Positions 15,699 to 25,034 of a stretch of 32,000 nt of DNA are shown here, piece after piece. Source of the stretch: Candidatus Saccharimonas aalborgensis (GTDB lineage: Bacteria > Patescibacteriota > Saccharimonadia > Saccharimonadales > Saccharimonadaceae); contig NC_021219.1 of the NCBI RefSeq assembly GCF_000392435.1, forward strand, positions 630,001 through 662,000, written 5' to 3'. A program made the translations under genes and the position numbers. Position 1 is the first letter of the stretch. Each line of letters begins with the position of its first letter. Below the pieces are notes generated by a model, which worked only from the letters and a program-made list of their open reading frames with translations, was not told where the DNA came from and did no database searches.

Positions 15699-16172
15699 AT
15701 GCAATATTCACAGAAGTATAGTCTTGTTGGGTTCCTTGAACATCAACCTAAAGGTTTCGAGTATAATATGTCTGACTGGCCGCTGCATATGACGTTTGCC
15801 GATGTTTTTGCTATAGACCGAAATAGCACAGATATAGACGAAAAGATGGAAAACGTCTTGCGTAGCCAACACGCAGTACTCGTCAAGCCGAAGCATCAAG
15901 CAAAACTAGGTGACACCACTGTAATATTAGTTGAGAAAACAGACGAGCTCGTCGAGCTTCACACCATGGTAGTTGATTTGCTCGAGCAAAATGGTGCCAT
16001 TTTTAATACACCAGCATTTACGAGGGAGGGGTTTCTGCCACATTGTACAATTCAAAAATCGGGTATGCTGCAAAAGGATGTGGTAATTGATGAATTAGCG
16101 CTTGTCGACATGTTCCCGAACAGTGATTGGCGGCAAAGGAAGATACTCGCGACGTTTAAGCTGGGTGGATAG
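15699..16172 (+). CDS. 2H phosphoesterase superfamily protein (2'-5' RNA ligase/LigT-like)
   Basis: Two HxT motifs at the expected spacing: PLHMTF and LPHCTI. Small size (157 aa). Confidence 0.65.
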   Translation: MQYSQKYSLVGFLEHQPKGFEYNMSDWPLHMTFADVFAIDRNSTDIDEKMENVLRSQHAVLVKPKHQAKLGDTTVILVEKTDELVELHTMVVDLLEQNGAIFNTPAFTREGFLPHCTIQKSGMLQKDVVIDELALVDMFPNSDWRQRKILATFKLGG

Positions 16173-16390
16173 ATACTGTGTGCGGGTAGAGAGGGTATCT
16201 CGCTATCTCGGACTTCTGCGAGAGCTAGAGACTAACTCGTTGATGTATTTATCAGAGCAACCGCGCATACCGCGGTCTGTCGGTGGCATGTCTAATTTTA
16301 GCTCGAAAGGCAATAGGGTTAAAATTTTTGTTTGCCTATTGATAAACCCATGATCCTATTTTATCAGACTATCAACTTATTGATGAGTGA

Positions 16391-16418
16391 TTGACCGAGA
16401 CAAACAAGCTGCTATAAT
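16391..16418 (+). promoter_or_regulatory. strong promoter of the 16446-19419 operon
   Basis: TTGACC (16391-16396), 16-nt spacer ending in TGC, then TATAAT (16413-16418). A 27-nt leader carries AGAGGG. Confidence 0.55.
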
Positions 16419-16445
16419 CATAAGCAATGTAAGAGGGTAGTAGGA

Positions 16446-16925
16446 ATGAAAACGACACAACCTGGGTTTGCAAAAAGTACGGTGGTGCTCCTTACCAGTG
16501 TGATAGCGCTACTTGGGTTGTTCGGACTCTCCGCTGTGATGGGGTATAGTTATATTGGTTTCAAAACTCCTCAGCAAAAACCTAGTTTTGGCGGGACTGT
16601 TTGTACAAAAGCTGATATTGATGGTTATATAGCTTTGCAAAAGAAAGCCCAGGACGTCGTTGCCCAAAAAGCGATGCTATCGACGATCGAAACAAAGAAG
16701 GACTATAAAACTGATGCCACCTGTGTCTTTATGGCCGTACAGACAGCTATTCGTATCAACGACCTTGCAAAAGCCAAGGAATTATATACTACACTCAAAT
16801 CACTCAACGACAATGGTCAATACGTGAACGGCTCTGTGCCCGATCTCGCAGGCAATGAACAAACAGCCAATCTCATTAAACTCTTGGAAAATCCTTCAAC
16901 AAAACGACCAGTGGGTGAGGGTTAA
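16446..16925 (+). CDS. small N-terminally anchored hypothetical protein
   Basis: One N-terminal hydrophobic helix (VVLLTSVIALLGLFGLSAVMG) followed by a helical, Lys/Ala-rich body. An RBS is present. Confidence 0.6.
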   Translation: MKTTQPGFAKSTVVLLTSVIALLGLFGLSAVMGYSYIGFKTPQQKPSFGGTVCTKADIDGYIALQKKAQDVVAQKAMLSTIETKKDYKTDATCVFMAVQTAIRINDLAKAKELYTTLKSLNDNGQYVNGSVPDLAGNEQTANLIKLLENPSTKRPVGEG

Positions 16926-16932
16926 ATAGCTC

Positions 16933-19419
16933 ATGAGAGTATTGCCGCGAGTTTATGTTATCGGCTTTGGTATCACGCTGTTTCTTGCAAGTTTACTAAA
17001 TAGTTCAACCGCTTATGCCTACACCGTGGGCGATCTGCCGCTTAATCGATCTTGGTACAACAACGCCGAGTATAGCGCATGGTATAAGTGTAATTATGAG
17101 AGCGGTACGCAATTTGGCACTCGCGGAGCGATTTGGTTTACCAATTCATGGGGCTGGTATTATAGCATGGGGGTAACTGTTGACGACGGCACCAACTCTG
17201 TTGCAGTCAATATCAACGGTTCTGCCTATGGATGCCGTGATGGCGCAGATGGTCAGCATATCTATGCAACGGACGTCGCGCCATCAGGTACAGAGGGGTG
17301 GCGACTGACATTGTTGAGCTCGACCACGCTGGACAGAGGAAGTTTGCCAAGTCCAGCGCAGCGAAACTACTCTGATGAAGGAGGCTCTATCGGTGCTACC
17401 CTAGACGTGTCTGGGTTGGCAACCAATAACGCGAGTGCAGATGACAGTCAAACGATCATCATCGACATTTATCGCTGTTTTTATGCTAATGGCACGACAG
17501 GTACATGCTATACCGATCCCGTGCCTGTGACAGTTACGAGACGCAAGAAACCAAACCCTTGGACATCGACATCAACCACGCAGGTGAAAGTAACAAGTCC
17601 CGTTGGCGCTGTTGTCGGTCCAACTCAAAATGTTACTGCCTATCCCGGTGATAGGCTAGATTGGTATCATTCAGTAACGGTGAGTAATTTTGCGGCGGGT
17701 TCGGGTGCGATTGAAATTAGTACATCTCAGCATCGTAGAAATGGTTGGTTCCAAGATCAGGTAGGCCCTACGCTGACGTTTTCAGGAAACAGTACGCAAG
17801 ATGTAGCTGACGTCTATGGGCAGTATACGGTGCAGGCAAGCGATGTGGGCAAAGTGCTGTGCGAAACAATGGTAAGGAATCCTTCAAGCTATGTCTCTGG
17901 GGCTGTCGATAATCCCCCGGCCTGTGCAACGATACGCTCAAACTATAGTCTGTATCCACAATCGATGCTCAATAATCAAGCATTGAGCACGTTATTTACG
18001 GGACAGTCATTGTCGCCCTCGAACCCCGCGCAGATATTGGAGCAAGTGATTAACATCGGTCCTGCTTCAGATGTGGATAACCAGTACGCAGTATATGATT
18101 TTAAAATACCAAGCGGCAGTGTTGGCAATGTGGCGTCGTTTTTTCAGACGACGGGAACTCCAGGTGCCAATGTCGGCGGGGTATTTGGTAGCAGTAATGG
18201 TCAACCAGCATTTACTATTGCTAATTACGCGTCTGGATCAGGATGTAGCTGGTTAGCAAGTCAGCCAGCATACAGTGGTAAAATAGTTTGTATAGGCACT
18301 ACGACATCTGGGACGGTTAAGTTCCCGGCGGGGGTCACATCACTCACATCATCTGCAAGCGGCATAACTGCTGACACAACTTCTATAAAAGCCGATGATT
18401 ATGCAATTGGCGATACGGTTTGTCGCATTGTAGCCGTGAGTGGTTATGACTATCTCCATACGTCATCTAGTGATCATCGCATTTCCTACCCTGGCTGTGT
18501 CACAATCGGCAAACGGCCTCTTGTCCAAGTGTGGGGGGGCGATATACGTGTTGGCGCAGGTGCTCTGTCTACGAGCGGCTATGCCAGTAGTAATTCCTCC
18601 ATCATTGCGCAGCCTCGAGTGACTGATGACGGTACCTATGGTAGTTGGGGGGAGTATGGTCTCCTGGTACCACTCAACGGACAGATTGACTCTGCTTCTG
18701 CCGCGACCACTTCAGGCAAAACGGGTGCCGCAATTTCGCAATCCGCTTCAAGTAGAAATGTACTTAGTTTTGCAAATACTACTATACCCTATGGACGCTG
18801 GGGGGCAACTGGTGCATTTCCGGGCATTGTCAACTCCCCCGTACTCCTTGGAACGGCTGGGGCTGCGGGGCCGGCAATAAACGTTGATACGTTACCAAGC
18901 GGTATAACAAATGCAGGTGCCTCAAACCTCACTCTGCAGGGGACACTGAGCTCGCCGCGAACGGTGGTTATTCGTACCACAGGAACAGTGACGATATCGG
19001 GTAATCTCGTCCTTGGTGCCTACCCAGCCTCAGGTGCGAACGTTGCGCAGATTGTGGTGATTGCGCAGAATATCATTATTCAACCGAGTGTTACAAAAGT
19101 CGATGCTTGGTTGATAGCCCAGCCCTCGTCTGCTACGACAGGGGGCACGATTAGCACCTGTGATGTGGCCCAAAACCCCTACTATCTCGGACTTTCGGCA
19201 AGTGTTTGTAACACACAACTACAGGTGAATGGTCCAGTAATGGCGAGGGAGCTTCAACTTCGACGAACCTATGGTGCAGAAAAAAACACTGGTGGCGTCA
19301 ACTACCCGGCAGAAATCCTGAACTTTCGTCCTGATGCGTTTTTGTGGGAACTAAACTATGGTGAATCTCAAGGTGATTTGACGACGGTGAGTACGCGTGA
19401 GCTGCCACCACGCTATTAG
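16933..19419 (+). CDS. large secreted hypothetical protein (828 aa), candidate adhesin
   Basis: Signal peptide ends in STAYA. Trp/Tyr/Cys-rich N-terminal region. Ser/Thr/Gly-rich body. The C-terminal region has alternating hydrophobic strands (TVVIRTTGTVTISGNLVLG, IVVIAQNIIIQPS). Confidence 0.7.
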   Translation: MRVLPRVYVIGFGITLFLASLLNSSTAYAYTVGDLPLNRSWYNNAEYSAWYKCNYESGTQFGTRGAIWFTNSWGWYYSMGVTVDDGTNSVAVNINGSAYGCRDGADGQHIYATDVAPSGTEGWRLTLLSSTTLDRGSLPSPAQRNYSDEGGSIGATLDVSGLATNNASADDSQTIIIDIYRCFYANGTTGTCYTDPVPVTVTRRKKPNPWTSTSTTQVKVTSPVGAVVGPTQNVTAYPGDRLDWYHSVTVSNFAAGSGAIEISTSQHRRNGWFQDQVGPTLTFSGNSTQDVADVYGQYTVQASDVGKVLCETMVRNPSSYVSGAVDNPPACATIRSNYSLYPQSMLNNQALSTLFTGQSLSPSNPAQILEQVINIGPASDVDNQYAVYDFKIPSGSVGNVASFFQTTGTPGANVGGVFGSSNGQPAFTIANYASGSGCSWLASQPAYSGKIVCIGTTTSGTVKFPAGVTSLTSSASGITADTTSIKADDYAIGDTVCRIVAVSGYDYLHTSSSDHRISYPGCVTIGKRPLVQVWGGDIRVGAGALSTSGYASSNSSIIAQPRVTDDGTYGSWGEYGLLVPLNGQIDSASAATTSGKTGAAISQSASSRNVLSFANTTIPYGRWGATGAFPGIVNSPVLLGTAGAAGPAINVDTLPSGITNAGASNLTLQGTLSSPRTVVIRTTGTVTISGNLVLGAYPASGANVAQIVVIAQNIIIQPSVTKVDAWLIAQPSSATTGGTISTCDVAQNPYYLGLSASVCNTQLQVNGPVMARELQLRRTYGAEKNTGGVNYPAEILNFRPDAFLWELNYGESQGDLTTVSTRELPPRY

Positions 19420-19439
19420 AATAGAAGCACAAAATAGAC

Positions 19440-19469
19440 TTGCGTAATCTGAAGACGCTTATGTATAAT
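19440..19469 (+). promoter_or_regulatory. pilM promoter
   Basis: TTGCGT (19440-19445), 18 nt, TATAAT (19464-19469), then only 10 nt (ending in AGT) to the ATG at 19480. Confidence 0.45.
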
Positions 19470-19479
19470 AGTCACTAGT

Positions 19480-20532
19480 ATGAATCTAAAGAAGGGGATG
19501 GGCGATTTCTTTGCACTCGACATCGGCACTAACGCCGTTCGGGTGGTGCAGTTATCGGCTAGCGGCGCCAATAACTGGATGCTTGTTGCTCATGGCTACG
19601 CACCCATTGATAGTAAGATTACTTCGAGTGATTCCCCCGAGGCTCGGCGGCGACTTGGCGAAGTGATTATCACAGCGCTAGGACAAAGTGGCATAAAGAC
19701 AAAAAACGTGGTGATCGGACTACCTTCGAATAAGACGTTTACGACGGTTATCGATGTACCATCGGTAGCCGAGTCAGAACTAAAAGCAACGATGAAATAT
19801 CAAATTGATCAGTATATTCCTATGTCAGTCGATGATGCAAAGGTTGACTGGGCTCTGCTTGGACCATCATTACACGCTCAAAATCAGCAGGAAGTGTTGA
19901 TCACGAGTACCGCAAAGGTTTATAGCGAAGAACGGCTAGAGATGATTGAAGCCCTTGGGCTCAATGTTATCGCTGCCGAGCCAGATCCTATCGCGATGGT
20001 GCGTGCTCTCGTACCAGAAGGCACGGCGAGTACGGCGATGATGCTGATTGATATCGGTGAGCAGTCGACCGACCTAGCAATTACCTACGGTGATACGCCG
20101 CGACTCGTGCGCACGGTCCCCACGGGGCTTGGATCATTGGTGAAGTCGGCTGTCCAAAACCTCAATGTCCAGGACGACCAAGCTCGTCAGTTTATCCTGA
20201 AATTTGGGCTTGCACCAGATAGGCTTGAAGGTCAAGTGCTCCACGCTATCGAAAACGTGCTTGATAGTTTCGCAGCCGAAATGACAAAATCCGTTAAGTT
20301 CTTTCAGACGAGGTATCCCAACATCGCTATAAGTGGCATTTTGCTCTCAGGATTTGGTGCAGTCATACCACGGTTTAATGAGTACGTCGCGACAAAGGTT
20401 GGTATCCAGACGGCACTTGCCAATCCATGGCAAAACATTCGTATGTCACAGAATGACCAGCAGCAGCTTGCTGCGATTGCCTCTGAGTTTACGACAGTGG
20501 TAGGTCTCGCGAAGAGGAAGAACTTGTCATGA
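19480..20532 (+). CDS. pilM: type IV pilus assembly protein PilM (actin-like ATPase fold)
   Basis: FFALDIGTNAVRVV N-terminus, about 350 aa. ATGA overlap with the pilN-like gene. Confidence 0.8.
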   Translation: MNLKKGMGDFFALDIGTNAVRVVQLSASGANNWMLVAHGYAPIDSKITSSDSPEARRRLGEVIITALGQSGIKTKNVVIGLPSNKTFTTVIDVPSVAESELKATMKYQIDQYIPMSVDDAKVDWALLGPSLHAQNQQEVLITSTAKVYSEERLEMIEALGLNVIAAEPDPIAMVRALVPEGTASTAMMLIDIGEQSTDLAITYGDTPRLVRTVPTGLGSLVKSAVQNLNVQDDQARQFILKFGLAPDRLEGQVLHAIENVLDSFAAEMTKSVKFFQTRYPNIAISGILLSGFGAVIPRFNEYVATKVGIQTALANPWQNIRMSQNDQQQLAAIASEFTTVVGLAKRKNLS

Positions 20533-21254
20533 TCGAAGTCAACTTGATTCCTGATGTAAAGCAAGAATTCATACGTGCTCAGCGTACACGCAATACGGTG
20601 ATCTCTTTCTCTATTATGGCAAGTATCGCGGCGGGTGTGGCAATTGTCATTTTCGCGCTGTTACTTGGTGGTCAGGGTGTTCGTGAAATTTTGGCAGACA
20701 ATAGCATTAAGGATGACTATGCAACACTCAAAAAAAATGAGAATCTCAGTAATTTAGTGACAATCCAAAACCAGTTGGCTCAAGTGTCAACACTAAACAA
20801 TGACAAAGGTATCAATTCGCGCCTATTTGACATTTTAGGTGGTATCAACCCGAAAGACCCAAATCACGTTCGGATTTCTACTGTTTCGTTGAATCCTACT
20901 GACAATTCACTGTCGATCGAGGGCTCGGCGGCAAATAGCTTTACTGCGACCGACGCGTTCAAAAAAACAATACTGAATACCAAGGTTGTCTATACCGACA
21001 GAGATGGTAAGGAGCAAACGATCAATCTCACCGATAGTGTTACGCTCAATAATGCTAGTTATGGAACCGATACGACTGGGGCAAAGGTATTACAGTTCAA
21101 GCTCTCCTTTGTTTATCCCAAGGAGCTCTTTGCCAACACCTCTACAAATGTTCGAATCGTTTCGCCCACGAAGGTAACCGACGTTACCGACTCTAGAACA
21201 CGAGTTCCCGACGATTTGTTCTCGTCGTCACCAAAGACAGGAGACACAAAGTAA
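20529..21254 (+). CDS. pilN: PilN-like pilus assembly protein
   Basis: MIEVNLIPD N-terminus, followed by a single TM helix. Positioned directly after pilM. Confidence 0.7.
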   Translation: MIEVNLIPDVKQEFIRAQRTRNTVISFSIMASIAAGVAIVIFALLLGGQGVREILADNSIKDDYATLKKNENLSNLVTIQNQLAQVSTLNNDKGINSRLFDILGGINPKDPNHVRISTVSLNPTDNSLSIEGSAANSFTATDAFKKTILNTKVVYTDRDGKEQTINLTDSVTLNNASYGTDTTGAKVLQFKLSFVYPKELFANTSTNVRIVSPTKVTDVTDSRTRVPDDLFSSSPKTGDTK

Positions 21255-21937
21255 TGGCTCAGAAAGATGTCAGTGCCAACAAACGTCAGCAAATAGCCAA
21301 ATCAAGTCGCATGATGTTCATCTGGGTGGCAGGTGCCTCTGTCTTGGTCGGGTTTGCGGCAGTAATTTGTTGGTTTTTGATTCAGCAAATTATGTTTAAG
21401 GAAAAGGTAATCACTGAAAAAAATAAAACTGTCTCAACCTTACAGCAGAACATCAAGGCGGTGCCCAAGCTGTCGGACAATATTCGGGTGCTTGAAACCA
21501 ATGTTGCTCTGAATTCGGCGAAGGCAAATTCAAACGAAAAGGCACTCCAGGTGATTTTGGACGCATTACCCGCCGACGAGAATACCTTGGCACTTGGGGC
21601 ATCACTACAGACAAAGTTAATTGGTAGTGGTGGTAATCTTACGATTGATTCACTTGATGCCACACCTGCAGTAGGCGCAAACGGTACGGCAAATAGCAGT
21701 ACTACTTCCGATGGGGTACAAAGGATGGCTTTCTCATTTACAGTGTCTTCATCTGACCCAAATGCCATCAAAGACCTTTTGAAACGTCTCGAGCGCTCGG
21801 TACGCATCATGGATATCGATACATTGAGGATCGAACAGTCTGAGACTCGTATGACAATGGTAGTTCAGGCACACGCCTATTACTTACCGGAAAAGAAGAT
21901 CGAGCTGAAAAAAATACCTGTGGGAGCGCGTAAATAA
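21254..21937 (+). CDS. pilO: PilO-like pilus assembly protein
   Basis: N-terminal TM helix followed by a coiled-coil-like segment. TAATG coupling on both sides. Called from position and architecture only. Confidence 0.55.
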   Translation: MAQKDVSANKRQQIAKSSRMMFIWVAGASVLVGFAAVICWFLIQQIMFKEKVITEKNKTVSTLQQNIKAVPKLSDNIRVLETNVALNSAKANSNEKALQVILDALPADENTLALGASLQTKLIGSGGNLTIDSLDATPAVGANGTANSSTTSDGVQRMAFSFTVSSSDPNAIKDLLKRLERSVRIMDIDTLRIEQSETRMTMVVQAHAYYLPEKKIELKKIPVGARK

Positions 21938-22170
21938 TGAAGAAAACAGATATAGCTATGATCGTTCTCATCGCCGGTCTTGCAGTGCTCACCGCTTTTC
22001 TCGTTGCGAGCAACATTCCTTTTTTGCAGGTTTCCGAAAAAGGGGTACAGGTGGATACAATCGAGAGTATATCTGATAGAGTTGAGCCACCTGATCAAAA
22101 CGTATTTAACAGTAACGCCATCAATCCCACGGTCGAAACGTTTATCGGTGACAAGACGCTACCGCAATAG
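21937..22170 (+). CDS. small single-pass membrane protein (77 aa) of the pilus cluster
   Basis: TAATG overlap with the pilO-like gene. Contains MKKTDIAMIVLIAGLAVLTAFLV. No family recognised. Confidence 0.5.
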   Translation: MKKTDIAMIVLIAGLAVLTAFLVASNIPFLQVSEKGVQVDTIESISDRVEPPDQNVFNSNAINPTVETFIGDKTLPQ

Positions 22171-22181
22171 GGATTGCTGAC

Positions 22182-23945
22182 ATGGCGTTAATGACAAATG
22201 ACATACAAGAAAAACTCGTAAAGCTTCTCACCGAAGAAGGCTTGGTGAGTACTGATGTGATACAAAGTGCGACTACTGAGGCAGCCGGGTCGGGTAAAAC
22301 ACTGCTTACGGTTCTTACTGAGCAAGATGCAATTGATGACGAACTGCTGACTCATGCGATTGCGCAAGTTTCGGGGGTCCCCTATGTCAATCTCAGCAAT
22401 AGCGTGATTGACCAGGGTATTCTGTCACTTTTGCCATCTGATATCGCTGAGCGCTTTATGGCGGTACCGCTCGCAGAGGTTCAAAACCGACTTGCAGTTG
22501 CAATGATTGATGCAAATAACGTGCAGGCAGTCGACTATCTCGCTAATCGCATCCAACGACCCTTAAAGGTATTTATGGCGTCGGAGGCGGGTGTGAGACA
22601 CGTGCTTGATCAATACAAGACCGACTTATCAAGTGTTGATGTGGCTGCTGAGGTATCTCAAAAAGAAGCAGCTCAAGAAGAAACCAAGGACATTAAGACG
22701 ATTGTTCAGGATTCTCCTATCAGCCGTGCACTCAGTACAATTTTGGAATACGCGGTAAAGTCTAGGGCAAGTGACATCCATATCGAACCATTTGAAAAAG
22801 CTCTCAAGATTCGCTGCCGCGTTGACGGTGTGCTTAGGGAAGTGATGCAGCTGCCAAAAAGTATCGAACCCGCTCTCATTAGTCGTATCAAGATTCTTTC
22901 TAACCTTAAAATTGACGAGCATCGCACACCACAGGACGGTCAGTTTGCCGTAAAAGTAGGTAACAAAGAAGTTGATCTCCGTATCGCCATCAGCCCAGTG
23001 GTGTGGGGGGAACAGGTGGTAATTCGATTGCTTGATAAATCAGGTAATAGCTTTGACCTCGAAGAGATGGGATATGCCGGCCGCGCCTTACGTACTATTC
23101 AAAAAGGCGTCAAAAAACCGAACGGGATGCTCCTCACCTCTGGACCTACAGGCTCAGGAAAGTCAACTAGCCTCTATGCTCTCATCAAGGAAATAAAGGA
23201 CGAGACTATCAACATTGTGACACTTGAGGATCCGGTAGAATACAAAATGGATGGTGTCAATCAGATTCAGGTTAACGCAGAGGTAGGGCTAACTTTCGCA
23301 TCGGGGCTGCGCTCGATTTTGCGTCAAGATCCAAACGTGGTGATGGTAGGTGAGATTCGTGATGGCGAGACTGCAAACTTGGCTGTGCAAGCAGCACTCA
23401 CTGGACATCTCGTATTTAGTACGTTGCACACTAATTCTGCGGCCGGAGTGCTACCGCGCCTTCTGGATATGGGTATTGAGCCATTTTTAATCGCGAGTAC
23501 CGTCAACACGATTATCGGACAGCGTCTTGTTCGCCGTGTGGCCCCTCAACGTGATGCCTATTGGTCGAGTCCACTTGAAACAAAAAGTATTCTCGACACC
23601 GTCGGTCACTTGTTACCAAAGACCAAAGAGGAAGTGGCACGGGTTTCTGCCGATCTCGGCTATAAGGACTTGCCACTTGCAGGTCAAACCGCTTATACTT
23701 TAGTAAAGGGACGTGACACTCCCTCGACACCCCGCGGTTATACGGGGCGGGCTGGACTGTACGAAGTGATGGATATTACAGAGGAAATACAAGACCTCAT
23801 TGTCGCACGCTCGACAAGTGCCGACATTCAACGTAAAGCAGTCGAGCAGGGCATGATTACAATGCGTCAAGATGGTTACCTGAAGGCGCTAACAGGGGTC
23901 ACGACACTAGAGGAAGTCAATCGTGTCGCGGCAGATACAGCATAA
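22182..23945 (+). CDS. pilB: type IV pilus assembly (extension) ATPase PilB/GspE family
   Basis: N-terminal T2SSE_N-like domain, Walker A GPTGSGKST, Asp box LEDPVEY, Walker B VVMVGEIRD, His box STLHTNSA. Confidence 0.9.
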   Translation: MALMTNDIQEKLVKLLTEEGLVSTDVIQSATTEAAGSGKTLLTVLTEQDAIDDELLTHAIAQVSGVPYVNLSNSVIDQGILSLLPSDIAERFMAVPLAEVQNRLAVAMIDANNVQAVDYLANRIQRPLKVFMASEAGVRHVLDQYKTDLSSVDVAAEVSQKEAAQEETKDIKTIVQDSPISRALSTILEYAVKSRASDIHIEPFEKALKIRCRVDGVLREVMQLPKSIEPALISRIKILSNLKIDEHRTPQDGQFAVKVGNKEVDLRIAISPVVWGEQVVIRLLDKSGNSFDLEEMGYAGRALRTIQKGVKKPNGMLLTSGPTGSGKSTSLYALIKEIKDETINIVTLEDPVEYKMDGVNQIQVNAEVGLTFASGLRSILRQDPNVVMVGEIRDGETANLAVQAALTGHLVFSTLHTNSAAGVLPRLLDMGIEPFLIASTVNTIIGQRLVRRVAPQRDAYWSSPLETKSILDTVGHLLPKTKEEVARVSADLGYKDLPLAGQTAYTLVKGRDTPSTPRGYTGRAGLYEVMDITEEIQDLIVARSTSADIQRKAVEQGMITMRQDGYLKALTGVTTLEEVNRVAADTA

Positions 23946-23957
23946 AAGGGAGAAGGC

Positions 23958-25028
23958 ATGAATAATCCAGAACTACGCATCGAAGTATTACTAGAAGAAG
24001 TTGTTCGCAAGCGCGCTTCAGACCTTCATATTCAGGTGGGGTTACCACCAATGCTTCGTGTTGATGGTGCGTTGATACCAATTGTCGGCTTCAATCCTCT
24101 TGATGAGCAGCAAGTTGAGTCACTTGTGTTTGCCATCTTGGACCAGGATCAGCAACAAATTCTTCTTAAAGACAAGGAGTTTGACTTCAGCTTTGCTTTC
24201 GGGACGTTAGGGCGGTTTCGCGTTAACGCCTTTCACGAACGTGGTAACCTGGCTGCTGCGCTACGTCTCATCCCAAATGAGATCAAGTCTGTTACTGAAC
24301 TGGGTATGCCGCAAGTAGTGCTCTCATTTGCTGACTATCCGCGCGGTCTTGTACTTGTAACAGGACCAACTGGGTCTGGAAAATCAACCACGCTTGCTGC
24401 TCTTGTAGACAAAATCAACAGTGAACGCGCTCACCACATTATCACAATTGAAGATCCAATTGAATTTACTCACAAGTCAAAGAAATCTGTTATTGTTCAG
24501 CGAGAAGTACATTACGATACCTACTCGTTCTCTGCAGCGCTGCGTAGCTCACTTCGTCAAGATCCTGATGTTGTGTTGATTGGTGAGATGCGCGATCTCG
24601 AAACGATTTCTGCGGCAATTACGATTGCCGAAACCGGTCACTTAGTCTTTGCGACACTCCACACTAACTCGGCCTCGCAGTCCATCGACCGTATGATCGA
24701 TGTGTTTCCCCCTCACCAGCAACCACAGATTCGCGCACAGCTTGCTAATATTCTGATGGCAATCTGTAGTCAGCGCCTTGTACCTGCTATTGGTGGGGGA
24801 AGGGTAGTTGCAGCTGAAATTCTTATTGCAAATCCTGCGGTGCGCAATGTTATCCGTGAAGGCAAGAGCCATCAGCTTGATGCCATTATCCAGACTGGTG
24901 CAGATCAGGGAATGCAGACCATGGATCGTACGCTTGTGAATCTGGTTCAGAGTGGAACGGTGACGTATGACAATGCTCGTGAGTTTGCCGTTGACCTGAC
25001 AGAGTTTGAGCGATTGATGAGAGGATGA
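23958..25028 (+). CDS. pilT: twitching-motility (retraction) ATPase PilT
   Basis: ASDLHI, GPTGSGKSTT, IITIEDPIEF, ATLHTNSA and the PilT-type AVRNVIREGK motif. 356 aa. Confidence 0.9.
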   Translation: MNNPELRIEVLLEEVVRKRASDLHIQVGLPPMLRVDGALIPIVGFNPLDEQQVESLVFAILDQDQQQILLKDKEFDFSFAFGTLGRFRVNAFHERGNLAAALRLIPNEIKSVTELGMPQVVLSFADYPRGLVLVTGPTGSGKSTTLAALVDKINSERAHHIITIEDPIEFTHKSKKSVIVQREVHYDTYSFSAALRSSLRQDPDVVLIGEMRDLETISAAITIAETGHLVFATLHTNSASQSIDRMIDVFPPHQQPQIRAQLANILMAICSQRLVPAIGGGRVVAAEILIANPAVRNVIREGKSHQLDAIIQTGADQGMQTMDRTLVNLVQSGTVTYDNAREFAVDLTEFERLMRG

Positions 25029-25034
25029 TAACAC

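Noticed and set aside
16102-16353. 83-aa ORF in the 270-nt gap after the 2H phosphoesterase gene. I also checked this gap for small RNAs.
   Set aside because: The ORF overlaps the 2H gene out of frame and has no RBS. The gap contains only short hairpins (for example ACCGCG/CGCGGT at 16260-16276 and CAATAGG/CCTATTG at 16311-16341). I could not match a tRNA, SRP RNA or riboswitch signature.
16446-16925. N-terminus TTQPG|FAKSTVVLL of the 159-aa protein as a possible prepilin signal
   Set aside because: Position +5 is Thr, not Glu, and the sequence after the Gly is not pilin-like. I treat it as an ordinary signal-anchor.
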